From Hypanus sabinus (lineage: Eukaryota): a DNA stretch of 64,000 nt. The notes below the pieces were generated by a model, which worked only from the letters and a program-made list of their open reading frames with translations, did not search any database and was not told where the DNA came from. The translations under genes and the position numbers were made by a program. The stretch is taken from the NCBI RefSeq assembly GCF_030144855.1, contig NC_082736.1, forward strand, positions 20,026,001 to 20,090,000. The letters are read 5' to 3'. Below are positions 1-11,655 of the stretch, piece after piece. How positions within the stretch are numbered: the stretch's first letter is position 1; each line of letters opens with the position of its first letter.

Positions 1-539
1 CTAGGATTTTTCGTAGTTGTGTTTGGTTAAGGCCTCCTCAACCTCCGATGATAATTGATAGGATACCCATAGTTATAAGTAATGTTGGGTTAAAGAGATG
101 GTGAAGTTGTAGTAGGATTGCGAATGGTGCAAGTTTTTTGTCATGTGGAGAGGACAAGTCCGGTAAGCAGGTTAAGTCCTTGGAGAACTTCTGGTAATCA
201 GAAGTGTAGGGGTGCTAGTCCAATTTTTAATGCTAGTGCGATGGTTAGAAGTGTGGCAAAGGTTGGGTGAATGATTTCTGTAATACTTCATTGACCTGTG
301 AGTCAAGCATTTATGGTTCCTGCAAATAGGAGGAGAGCAGAAGCAGTGGCTTGTGTAAGAAAATATTTTGTGGCAGCCTCTGTTGCTCGTGGGTGATGTT
401 GATAAATTATAAGGGGTATGATGGCTATTGTATTAATTTCTAGGCCAATTCAGATTAATAGTCAGTGTGAGGCAATAAATGTTATTGTGGTGCCTAATCC
501 TAAGCTAAGGATTATGATGGAAAGAACTAGTGGATTCAT
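1..539 (-). pseudogene. ND2: ND2 5' part (NUMT copy), 1-bp insertion
   Basis: ATG at 539, MNPLVLSIMILSLGLGTT...[17 protein letters not shown] in the mt code; at 134-139 a run of 6 A where WQKLAPF needs 5 shifts the frame. Confidence 0.9.
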
Positions 540-610
540 TAGTAGAGGAAGGATTTCAACCAACATGTTTGGGGTATGGGCCCCAAAGCTTAAGATTAGC
601 TGACTTTACT
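540..610 (-). tRNA. trnM: mt tRNA-Met (NUMT copy)
   Basis: AGTAAAGTCAGCTAA...GGGCCCATACCCC..., CAT anticodon, adjacent to ND2. Confidence 0.9.
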
Positions 611-682
611 TAGAGAATAGTATAGTTGGAAGTACCAAGGGTTTTGATCTCTTGAGCACAGGTTCAAATCCTGTTTTTCTAA
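611..682 (+). tRNA. trnQ: mt tRNA-Gln (NUMT copy)
   Basis: Opposite strand within the IQM cluster, TTG anticodon, GGTTCAAATCC T-arm. Confidence 0.88.
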
Positions 683-685
683 TGT

Positions 686-756
686 AGGGAAGAGGAATGG
701 CTTTAACATTCATTATCCACTCTATCAAAGTGGCCCTTTGATTCAGGCACTTTTCC
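686..756 (-). tRNA. trnI: mt tRNA-Ile (NUMT copy)
   Basis: GGAAAAGTGCCTGAA...CCACTTTGATAGAGTGG, GAT anticodon. Confidence 0.88.
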
Positions 757-759
757 TTT

Positions 760-1736
760 TTAGGTGTTTATTGGTGGGCGGCCGGCTGTGGCAATGGGCA
801 AAGTGATATGTCATAAAATTATGGCCAGAGTGATAGGTAGGAAGTTTTTTCAGACAAGATGTATAAGTTGATCATTTCGAAATCGGGGGTAAGAGGCTCG
901 GATTCATAGGAATAGTAGGGTTACTGCGGTTGCTTTAAGTATGAGGTTGATGGTGGTGAGTTGTGGAAGGTCGGGATTGAAGGATATTCCTAGGAATAGA
1001 ATGACGGAGAGGGTATTTATTAATAGGATATTGGAATATTCAGCTAGGAAGAAGAGGGCGAATGAACCTCCTGCAAATTCGATGTTGAATCCTGAAACTA
1101 GTTCAGATTCACCTTCTGTGAGATCAAAGGGAGCTCGATTGGTTTCTGCTAGTGTTGAGATATATCATATTATGGCTAGGGGTCATGCGGAGATGATTAA
1201 TCAGATAGTTTCTTGGCTTAAGTTGAATGTGTGGAGTGTAAAGCCTCCTGTGAAGATAATTAGGGCTGGGAGGATTAGGACGAGTGTTACTTCGTAGGAA
1301 ATGGTTTGTGCGACTGCACGGAGGGCCCTATGAGGGCGTATTTGGAGTTTGAGGCTCAACCTGAGCCCAAGATGGTGTAAACTGTTAAGCTTGAGATGAC
1401 TAGGATGAAGAGTAGACCTAGGTTTAAATTGAAGATTGAGTGTGGGAGGGGCAGGGGTATTCATAATAGTAGTGCCAGTGTTAGGGCAATGGTAGGAGTA
1501 ATTAGGAATAGAAATTGGGATGAGAAGGATGGTCGTACTGGTTCTTTGGTGAATAATTTATATCCGTCGGCAATAGGTTGTAAAAGGCCGTATGGACCTA
1601 CTACGTTAGGTCCTTTGCGTAGTTGTATATAACCTAGAATTTTTCGTTCAACTAGGGTAAGAAAGGCTGTGGCTAAGAGGATGGGGATAATGAAGGCTAA
1701 TGGGTTAATAATGTAGAGAAGTACAAGGTCTAACAT
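760..1736 (-). pseudogene. ND1: ND1 (NUMT copy), 1-bp deletion
   Basis: ATG 1736 to TAA 760 is 977 nt (not a multiple of 3); ATA GGG GCC CTC has lost one G at ~1326-1328; conserved PRFRYDQL reads PRFRNDQL and NIEYAGG reads NIEFAGG. Confidence 0.9.
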
Positions 1737-1737
1737 T

Positions 1738-1812
1738 AGTTGGGGAGAGGAATTGAACCTCTGAATCAAAGAGCTTAGGTCTTTTGCATTTACCAGGCTC
1801 TGCCACCCCAAC
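1738..1812 (-). tRNA. trnL: mt tRNA-Leu(UUR) (NUMT copy)
   Basis: GTTGGGGTGGCAGAGCCTGGTAAATGC...TAA anticodon, between 16S and ND1. Confidence 0.9.
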
Positions 1813-3516
1813 AAACCATTATCTTTGGCTTAAGGGCGGTAACCTTTACCTGCTTGAGTTGATTTCAGCAGGTTGGGTTGAAGCGTGCCTAGGGCATTGG
1901 CTTCATTTTTCCGGTCCTTTCGTACTAGNNNNNNNNNNNNNNNNNNNNNNNNNNNNNNNNNNNNNNNNNNNNNNNNNNNNNNNNNNNNNNNNNNNNNNNN
2001 NNNNNNNNNNNNNNNNNNNNNNNNNNNNNNNNNNNNNNNNNNNNNNNNNNNNNNNNNNNNNNNNNNNNNNNNNNNNNNNNNNNNNNNNNCTCTAAGAAAA
2101 GATTGCGCTGTTATCCCTAGGGTAACTTGGTTCATTGATCAGGATATGTTGTTTTCCTGGGTCATTGTTCTTTAAATTTTTTAGTGGTTAGAACTGTAGT
2201 TCTAACTTTGAGTGATTTCTCACCCACTCGATAAGGGGGTTTTGTTTTTCCCCTCGGTCGCCCCAACCAAAAACAAGTTAAGTTAGGAAGTTATATTATG
2301 TTGTTATACCCGGAGGAGGGGTGTTCATATGTAAAGGTAACTTAAGTGTTTAAAGCTCCATAGGGTCTTCTCGTCTTATGTGAATATTCTCGCTTCTGCA
2401 CGAGAGGATCAATTTCATTGATTAGAAAATAAAGACAGATAAACTCTCGTTATGCCTTTCATACAGGTCTTCAATTAAAAGACAATTGATTACGCTACCT
2501 TCGCACGGTCAAGATACCGCGGCCGTTAAAGAAATCACAGGGCAGGCGGGACCTCTTATACATGTTATAAGCAAGAGGCGATGTTTTTGGTAAACAGGCG
2601 GAGTTTGTGTTGGCCGAGTTCCTTTATTTTCTTTTAATCTTTCCTAAGGACATTCCTGTGTAGGGTTAACGATGTTTTATATGGGGTTTTCTTGCTGTAT
2701 TAATTTATACCATAAGGGCCTCAAGTTTGGCATTGGTTAATTATCAGTGATTTAATTCCTTCTGACGTACACTGGTGTATAAGGAGGGAGTTGGTCCCTT
2801 ATTACTCATTTTAGCATAATTTCTTTTATATGTGGTGGAATAAAATAGTCCAATAGGTGAAAGGGGGTTGTGAATTTTTATAAGGATTGATTGGTGTGGT
2901 GACTGCTTGAGATGTGACGCTTTCTTTACAGATGGCTGCTTTTGGGCCCACTGAGGAGTGATCCTTTGTGGAATTAAAATCGTTACCCTCCTAAGAAAGT
3001 TGTTTCTTAATTCAAAAAAGCTGTACCTTTTTTGAATAACTATTAATTTTTACAGGTGACTTTGTTAAAAAAAAGATTTTTGTTATCGAGTTGAAAAATT
3101 AATGCAGAATTTAAGTTCTTTTCTTGGACAACCAGCTATCACCAAACTCGGTAGGCTTATCACCGCTCCTTGGGAGTCTTCCCCCCCTTTTGCCACAGAG
3201 ATGGGTTGGCTCTAGTATGCTGCTCCGAAGTAGCTCGTTTGGTTTCGGGAAACTAGGCTAAAAGGCTTTTTGTCTAGTTGTTCTTGCTAAATCATGATGC
3301 AAAAGGTACGAGGGTTTGTCTCTGCTTTTTTATACTTTAATGATTTATTTCATTTATTTTTCAGCGTTCCCTTGCGGTACTGTTTCTATAGCTCAAAGGT
3401 TTCTGTTCTATCGCCTATACTAGGAAGGATAAAATGTTTTAAATTAGGGCAGGTAAGGTGTTTATACCAGGTTAATAATGTCGGATGTGTAAATTTGTTT
3501 TGGCTAGCTTTAGGGT
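1813..3516 (-). rRNA. rrnL: mt 16S rRNA (NUMT copy), 161 N at 1929-2089
   Basis: CGCCTGTTTACCAAAAACAT, GACGAGAAGACCCTATGGAGC and GGGATAACAGCGCAATC motifs on the minus strand. Confidence 0.93.
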
Positions 3517-3588
3517 TCAAAATGACTCAAATTGCACGGGTATCTCCTCGGTGTAATGGAGGTGCTTTACTACTTTAGCTACATTTTG
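3517..3588 (-). tRNA. trnV: mt tRNA-Val (NUMT copy)
   Basis: CAAAATGTAGCTAAA...TTACAC, TAC anticodon, between 12S and 16S. Confidence 0.88.
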
Positions 3589-4539
3589 GTTGATCCAAGT
3601 GCACTTTCCAGTACACTTACCATGTTACGACTTGCCTCCTCTTGTTTAAAAGTCTTTTTATGAAATTTACGGTGATTTTTCGAGGAGAGTGACGGGCGGT
3701 GTGTGCGCGCTCCAGAGCCGGTTTCAGTATAATTTTCTAAAATTTACTTACTGCTAAATCCATCTTTAAGAAGTTTTTCATGTTTTTGTCCGTGTACTCT
3801 GGAAAGAGAATGTAGCCCATTTCTTCCCGCTTCATTCGCTACACCCCGACCTGACGTATTGAGGGGTAAGGCTTGTACCTTCACAGGGTGAGCTGACGAC
3901 GGCGGTATATAGGCGGAAATGGCAAGAAGTGGTGAGGTTAAACGTGGATTATCGGTTATAGAACAGGCTCCTCTAGATGGGTTTGGAGCACCGCCAAGTC
4001 CTTTGTGTTTTAAGCTAGCGCTCGTAATATTCAGGCGGTGTATTAAGGTAAAGTTATTTGTAACGATGTTTACGGTTAAGCATAGTAGGGTATCTAATCC
4101 TAGTTTGGGCCTTAACTGTCGTGAGATCAAAAATTCTGTTTGTATAAAGTTACTTTCGTGAATGATATTTTTAAGCATGGTAGTGTATAACAACTTAATG
4201 GGGTCTTAACTGTATTTTGAGTGAGATACTTCTAATCACCCTTAACGCCGTGGAATATTAGTTTGTGTTACTCGTATAACCACGGTGGCTGGCACGAGAT
4301 TAACCAACTCTTTTAACTTTGATTGACTCAAGCTTACGCTTATGGGACAATGTTTATCACTGCTGAATTCCCTTGTGGGTGTGGCTGAGCGAGGTGTCGT
4401 GGGCTGCTTTGAAGTGTGCCTGATACCAGCTCCTAATCAGATATGTGTATAGGCTGATTAGGGCGTTCTCACCGGAATGCTGAGACTTGCATGTGTAAGT
4501 CAAGTTACAACTAATATTGAGGCTAGGACCAAACCTTCG
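3589..4539 (-). rRNA. rrnS: mt 12S rRNA (NUMT copy)
   Basis: GTGCCAGCCACC, GGATTAGATACCC, CACACCGCCCGTCAC and GTCGTAACATGGTAAG motifs. Confidence 0.93.
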
Positions 4540-4609
4540 TGCCTGTGAAAAAGGTTAATTTTTATCTTGGCATCTTCAGTGCCATGCTTTATAGTTAAGC
4601 TACACTAGC
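4540..4609 (-). tRNA. trnF: mt tRNA-Phe (NUMT copy)
   Basis: GCTAGTGTAGCTTAA...GCACTGAAGATGC, GAA anticodon. Confidence 0.9.
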
Positions 4610-5020
4610 GGCTTAGAGTGGAGGGAGATTTAGGATAATACCAAGTTTATAAAATAAAAGTGAAAGGGTTAGGGTGTTATTGATATACTTTTAGGTTGGT
4701 GGTAGTTATGTTGGTGTGGGTTGGTGCATGGTTTTATGTATATTAATATTTTTATTAGTATGTTTAGTAGATATGTTTAATTATTTGGTGTGATTGTGGG
4801 GTATTATCATATATGTATGCTATGTGTACATGTATACACCGACATGTTATGCGCGTTGTGTATACATGTGCCATGTGTGCACACTATACATGTACACAAT
4901 GCATGCACACTATCTATGCACACTATTGACATATACAGCTAAGTTAGCACAACATGCATTTTATTTAATTATTAATAGGTTTATCGGGGGTTAAAAGGGT
5001 GGTTTTATACAGTCAAAATT
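4610..5020 (-). other. mt control region, 3' portion
   Basis: AT-rich non-coding DNA upstream of trnF, with an alternating purine/pyrimidine TACA/TGTG-rich tract (~4810-4960); boundary approximate. Confidence 0.7.
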
Positions 5021-5042
5021 ACATTTCTGAGAAAAAAGTAAC

Positions 5043-5825
5043 TACAAACCCCATTTCCAGAAAAGTTGGGATATTTTCCAAAATGCAATAAAAACAAAAA
5101 TCGGTGATATGTTAATTCACATGAACCTTTATTTAACTGACAAAAGTACAAAAAAAAAAGATTTTCAATAGTTTTACTGACCAACTTAATTGTATTTCAT
5201 TGATTAGAAAATAAAGACAGATAAACTCTCGTTATGCCCAGAGAACTCGCCGGCGTTTCTGCATAGAGATGAATTATGGCTTCTTCCTTGCGTAATAAAG
5301 TTTCAAGTTGCATTTCTGGACGCAGCGACGGTCTGCGTTAAGTAACAATGGTTTTCCGAAATACTCCCGAGCCCAGCTGGCTATAATTGTCACAGAAGCA
5401 TGACGGTTTCTTAGGCTGTGCCGCCAGAGGACTCGAAGAACACGTGCATTCAACAATGGTTTCCGACCTTGCCCTTTACGCACTGAGATGGCTCTGAATT
5501 CTCTGAATCTTTTCACAATATTATGTACTTCTTATGTTAAAAGACCTAAATTCTCTTCAATCTTGTATTGAGGAATGTTTCTTTTGAACTGACTACCAAT
5601 TCTCTCACGAATTTTGGCACAAAGGGGTGAGCTACGACCCATCCTTGCTTGCAAAGACTGAGCCTTTGATGGACGCTACTTTTATACCCAGTCATGATAG
5701 CTCACCTGCTACCAATTAGCCTGCTTAATGTGGAGTCTTCCAAACCGGTGTAACTTGAATATTCTGTGCACTTTTCTATCTTATTTTATCTCTGTCCCAA
5801 CTTTTGTTGAGTGTGTTGCAGCCAT
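5043..5825 (-). mobile_element. Tc1/mariner transposon remnant, internally deleted
   Basis: TA+CAAACCCCATTTCCAGAAAAGTTGGGA terminus, inverted GTCCCAACTTTT repeat at ~5794, N-terminal transposase HTH (KRFRE..RKGQGRKP..CNLKLYYARKKP) at 5274-5516. Confidence 0.85.
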
Positions 5826-5827
5826 TC

Positions 5828-6870
5828 AAAGTCAACACCACCTCCGCAGTGACCATCAGCACTGGTGCACCACAAAGCTGTGTGCCTGGTGCTTGGTGAT
5901 GGTGTGGCTAAGTACAACTCCAAGGCCATATTTAGGTTTGCAGATGACACCACCGTTGCTGAATGATACAAAGGTGGTGACAAATTTGCCATCAGGAGGG
6001 AGATGGAGGATCTGGTTGAATGGAGCCACGACTACAAGCTCTGACTCAACATCAGCAAAACTAAGAGCTGATCATTCTCTGCAAGAGTAAGAAACAGGAG
6101 GTCCATGAGCCAGTCATCATCAGTGTACTGGAGTAGAGAGTCGGTAACTTTCAATTGCTTGTCATTATCATTTCAGAGGATCTGTCCTGGGACGGACAGT
6201 AAGTGCCAGTATAAAGAAGGTGCGGCAGTGACTCTACTTAGAAGTTTGTGAATAATCGACCTGACATCTAAAACTTTGACATAATTTATTTGGATGCACG
6301 GTGGACAGTATCCTGACTGGTTGCAGCATGGCCTGATATGGAACCACCAAAACCCAGGAACAGAAAATGCCTACATAAAATAGTGGATACAGCCCAGTTC
6401 ATCACAAGCAAAGCCCTCCCATCATTGAGTTCATTTTCATGGTGTGCTGCTACTGGAAAGCAGCATCCATCATCAAGGGCAGCCTTCCTCTGCTCCATGC
6501 TCTCTTCTCGCTGCTGCCATTGGGAAGGACGTACAGGAGCCTTAAGTCCCACACCACCATCTTCAGGAAGAGTTATTACACTTAAGAGTTATTAGTCCTG
6601 CTGTTGAAACAGCGTGGATAACTTCACTGAACTGATTCCATAAACTACAGAGACACTTTCAAGTAATCTGCCACTCATGTTCTCAGATTTGTTATTTTTT
6701 ATTATTTGCACAATTTGTTTTATTTGGCACATTTGTTGTCTGTCAGTCTTTACTGTTTATAGTTTTCATAAATTCCATTGCATTTATTTTGCTGTATATC
6801 CCTGAAAGGAAATTAATATGAAGGTAGTGTATGGTGACATATACATACGTTGATGACCACTTACTTTGAC
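5828..6870 (+). mobile_element. Rex1/Babar-like LINE 3' fragment, degenerate
   Basis: FRFADDTTV RT motif at ~5930, decayed C-terminus and AT-rich 3' UTR. Confidence 0.7.
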
Positions 6871-7079
6871 TGAGACAGTGTTTGTTGGTTTCTTCCCCCA
6901 AAACAGCAAAAGATTGTTTACAAAAAAATATACGAAATGCAAACATCAAATATTTACAAGACCGTAGAGCGTCAAATTCTGCAGATATTCCCGTGTAGGT
7001 GTCAAATTAAAATGTGATTATTACAGTCTGAAACACAGTCAATTACCGTGGAATGGGGGGGTGGGGGTGTCACCATTGC

Positions 7080-7320
7080 TGGATATTCCCCCCGTACTCA
7101 TTCCATTCACAATGTTCGGAAGTTTCCCGGCGGCCCACTGATTGACTCACGGTCATGTGACATACGTGAAGCCGTCCTGTTGCGCACTGACGTCAGGGAG
7201 GGCTTTCCTGCAGAGACGTCGTTTCCTAGGAAACGATCAGGGACGGTGGGTCTGCGGTGAAGTGGACGGTCTCCACTGTGGGAATCGGCCTCTCCTCTTC
7301 CTGCACACGGAACAGTGAGT
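7080..7320 (+). promoter_or_regulatory. CpG-rich candidate Pol II promoter / first exon with 5' splice site
   Basis: CGGAAGT 7117-7123, TGACTCA 7143-7149, GGTCATGTGAC 7151-7161, TGACGTCA 7188-7195, palindrome TCGTTTCCTAGGAAACGA 7219-7236, GTGAGT 7315-7320. Confidence 0.55.
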
Positions 7321-8674
7321 GTCTGTCAGCGCCTCACCGCACCCGCTCTTTGCCTCAGGTACAATATTTAAAGCATAGTTAAACGGACAGGAAAGTTTGA
7401 GAGGGATACGGGCCTAATGTAGGCAGATGGGACAAGTTGGGCGACAACTTGGTCAGCGTGGATGAGTTTTACCGAAGGGACGGTTTCAGTTCTGTATAAA
7501 TCACTGACTCTATTTTGGGCGGTTAAACCAAGGCAGGATGTACACAGCGAACGACAGGTTCCTGGTGAGTTTTAATGAATAGAGACTTAGTCCTCCTGAA
7601 GTTCAGTGTTCCAGGTTCTGTCTCCACAAACTCAGCACTTGGTCTGTCTCCTACCCTGCCCTGGTGATTCAAATGCTCATTCAGATGGTCCTTAAATACC
7701 AGCCTGCACCACCCCCGCAGGCAGTGTGTTCCCTTCTGGGGAGAGAGGAAGTTTTTCCTCATATCCAATTTAATCACACACACACCTCTCCTTAAACCTG
7801 TTGTGCACAAGTAATACTCGTCTGCATTGAATTCCACCTGCCACTTTCAGCCCATTTTTTCAGCTGCTCCGAATCCCACATCAAAATTTGTTAGCCTTCC
7901 TCGCTGTCCACTGCATCCCTAATCTTGGTGTCATCTGCAAACATACTCATCTAGTTTACCACATTCTCATGCAGATCATTAATGCAGATGGAAAACGACA
8001 ATGGACCCCGCACCGGGAAGTTAAACCAGGGCAGGATGATCACAGTAATGACAGGTTGCTGGGAAGTGTTCATCAACAGAGACTTTGTGTGTTTCTGCCT
8101 CCATCACCTCCTCTGGCAGCTCATTTAGGATACCAGCTATTCTCTGCGTGAAATATTTACCCTGCAGATCCCCTTTAAATCTCCATCCTCTCATCTTAAA
8201 ACTAATCCCTTTAGTTTTAGACACCCACACCAACGGTAATAGTCCGTGTCTCTCTAACCTCTGTATGACTTGGATAATTTTATCTGCCTCCATCTCCTCA
8301 CTCTTAAGATCCTTTAACACCTCCTCCCTGTCACTTTAAAAATAACCCCTCCAGTTTTAGGAAGGAGGAAGTGGACCCTTCCATAGAAGTCCTTGGGAGT
8401 GAGGTTTTCTCTCCATCCATCCCTAGCAGATGTCTCTTTGATCCATGAAACTGGATCTCTGTCCACATTCATCAGTGGTATTGTTCTATATCAACTGGGA
8501 GAGATACAGAGCTTACTACCCTGCAGGTTCTGCTTTATTTTCTCACTTATTTCTGTAAATTATCTGCACAGGACCATATTCCCCCTTCTCCCTATGTTGT
8601 TAGTACCAACATGCACCGTTTCCCATGATGTCCGGCTGATCAACCTTCCCTTTGAAATGTTCTGCAGCTGTTCC

Positions 8675-9360
8675 CGGACCATCGGAGCAGCTGGATTAGG
8701 CCATTTGGCCCATACAGTCTGCCAGGAATAAGTGATCATGACAGAACTCTTATCCCTCACAACCCCGCTCTTCTCCCTTTTGTCCATAACTGCACAATCA
8801 AGAACTTCTGCCTTCAATATATCCAATGGCTTGTCCACATCTGTCTGTGGCAATGAATTCCACAGATGTACTACCCTTTACTAAAGTAATTTCTCATTAT
8901 CTCTGTCCTAAAGTGGTGTAATTGTATTCTGAGGCTGAGCCCTGTGACCCTAGACTCCCCCACTATAAAAAACATCCTCCCCATATCCACTTTTTCTAGG
9001 CCTTTCAGTATCGGAGTGGTTTCAATGAAATGATCCCTCATTCTTCTAAACTCCATTGAATCCAAGTTCAGAGCTGCTACACAGTACAAATGCATTAACC
9101 CTTTCATTACTGGGATCATTCTCGTGAACCTCCTCTGGACCATCTCCTGTGCTGGCACATCCTTTTTATTTGATAAGGAACCCAAAACTGCTCACTATAC
9201 TCCAAATGTGATTGGACCAATCCTCAGCTTCTGTGTAGTATAATCATTTTGTATAATGATCCTTGCTTCTGTGTAGTCATCCTCTCAAAATGAATGCTAA
9301 CATTGTAGTTGGCTTCCTTACCACCAACGCAACCACTATGTTTATCTTTAGGAAATCCTG
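8675..9360 (-). mobile_element. CR1 LINE 3' fragment
   Basis: EMVQRRFTRMIP..EFRRMRDHFIET CR1 ORF2 C-terminus and 3' UTR. Confidence 0.8.
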
Positions 9361-10109
9361 CACATCTGAGATGTCCCTGACCCTGATACCATGGAGGTGA
9401 CACACTAACCTGCATCTCCCTTGCTGCCACAGAATCTCCTGCACATCGTGGTGGAGGAGAACATCTCCTGCACCCCTTCCATCATGGTGGTCACACAACA
9501 ATCTGCAACCTGACCTCGGATGTGACCAACTCACTGAATCTCTGGTCTCAGCATCCTGGTTGATTCTGGGTCCATCCATCTCCAGCTGCATTTCCTTCAC
9601 ATGGGCAGTCACATTTTGAATATATTCTACCAAATTTCCATGAGTCCATGTGCCTTCATGCTCTAACACATCTAATAGTTCCATAAACTTCAACAAGGTC
9701 TTCGTCAACCTCCTTCACTGCAGTCCCAGCCCATTCAGTCTTTGCTTGTAACTCAAGCCCCCAGCTCAGGCGATATTCCTGTGATTATTTTCCTGCAGCT
9801 TTCCAGCTTAATGACATGCTTCCTACAGTATGGTGACCAAATCTGCACAGGATCCTGTTGCTGTGACCTAATTAATGAATTTTAAGACTGTAACGTGATG
9901 TCCCAACTCCTCTCAGTGCCTTGGACAATAAATGTAAGCAGGTTCTTCACCTTCTTCAACACTGTCTACCTATGTTGCCACTTCCAGGGAACTATATACC
10001 TGTATACCAAAGTTCCCCTGTTCATTCAGACTCCTCAGGACCTCTGCCATTCACTGCGTATGTCCAGATCTGCTTTAACCTCCCCAAGTCCATCACTGTG
10101 CACAATAGA

Positions 10110-11655
10110 GTAAAGAGAATCACAGGGGTATGAGAAGGGAGGTGACCAAAATTGATCTGAAAAGAACACAGGCAAGTATGGCAGCAGAGCAACAATGGTT
10201 GGAATTTGTGAAAGCAATTTGGAAGGTGTGGGATATATACATCACAAAGAGGAAGAAGTATTCCAAAGTCAAGATGTCATTTTGACATCTTGACAAAAAA
10301 CAAGCAAAGTCAAATCCAACATAAAAGTCAAAGAGAGGGCATATGGTAGAGTAAAAATCAGTGGGACATTTGAGGATTCAGAAGCTTTTCAAAGCGAACA
10401 TCAGGCAGCTGAAGTCATTAAGAAAGAAAATATGGAATACAAAGGTAAAGAGAGGCAAGAGTACATATTGGACCATTAAAAACTATGCTGGAGTGGTAGT
10501 AATGGTGGAAAAATTGATTAAGTATTTTGCGTCGGTCTTTATTGTTGAAGGCACTTGCAGTGTGCTAGGGTAGGAACTGTGTGAAGTTGTCATGACCAGG
10601 GAGAATGTAGTTTGGAAATTAAAAGGTCTGAGAGTAGATACATCACCTGGAGTAGATGGTCTGGGCCCTGAGATTCTAAGAGAGGTGCTTGACGAGATTG
10701 TGGACTCATTAGTAATGATGTTTAAAGAATCATTTGACTCCGGCATGGTTCCAGAGGAACAGAAAATTGCAAATATCGTTCCAAGAAGGAAGAGAGACAG
10801 AAGAAAGAAAATTATAGTGCAGTTAATCTGACCAGGGTGGTTGGGAAGATGTTGGAGGCAATTGTTAAGGATATGGTTTGGGGGTACTTGGGCCAAAACC
10901 TCAAGGAATTCTCTCAAGGGTAAATCTTGCCAGACAAATCTGTTGAAATTCTTTGAAGAACTAACAAGCAGGATAGACAAAGGAGAATCAGTGGATGTTG
11001 GTTACTTTGGATTTTCAGAAGGCCTTTTACAAGGTGCCACACATGAGGCTGCTAAACAAGTTAACTGCCAAAGATACCATGGGAAATATATTAGCATGGA
11101 TAAAGCAGAAGCTGATTGGCAGGAGGCAAAAGGTGGGAACAAAGGGAGCCTTTTCCAGTTTGTTGCCAGTAATTAGTCATGCTCTGCCCAGGGGTCTGTG
11201 TTGGGACAGCTTCTTTTTACCAGATATAGGAGCAGAATTAGGCCATTTGGCTCATCGAGTCTGCTCCATCACTTCATCATGACTGATTCAGTTGTCCTCT
11301 CTGCCCCACCCTCCTCCCTTCTTTTCAGCAGGTCAGGCAGCAGCTATGGAAAAGAGAACAGTCAACATTTCGAGCTGAGACTTTTCAATAGGACTGTAGG
11401 GGAAAAAAGCATATTAAAAGATGGGGGTATGGGAATCTATGGAATTCCTTGCCACAGGAGGCTATGGAGGTCAAGTCATTGGGTATTTTTAAGGCAGAGG
11501 TTGATAAATTTTTGTTTGGCTGGGACATGAAGGGATACGGGGAGAAGGCAGGAGATTGGGGCTAAGAGGCAAAATGGATCAGCCATGATGAAATTGCAGA
11601 TCAGCCTCAATGGGCCAAATGGGTAATTCTGCTCCTCTATCTTACGGTCTGACAC
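10110..11655 (+). mobile_element. CR1 LINE ORF2 remnants (composite)
   Basis: LKGLRVDTSPGVDG, GKSCQTNLLKFFEE and DFQKAFYKVPH RT motifs; 3' UTR. Confidence 0.8.

Larger units (their letters stand above)
1..5020 (-). other. Nuclear mitochondrial insertion (NUMT), ND2 to control region; left end runs beyond the window
   Basis: Vertebrate mt gene order CR-F-12S-V-16S-L-ND1-I-Q-M-ND2 on the minus strand; frameshifts in ND1 and ND2; joined at ~5010-5042 to nuclear Tc1/LINE sequence. Confidence 0.88.

Noticed and set aside
418-4994. ORF-track proteins over the mtDNA segment
   Set aside because: Antisense or standard-code artefacts of mt genes and rRNAs (TGA is Trp in the mt code).
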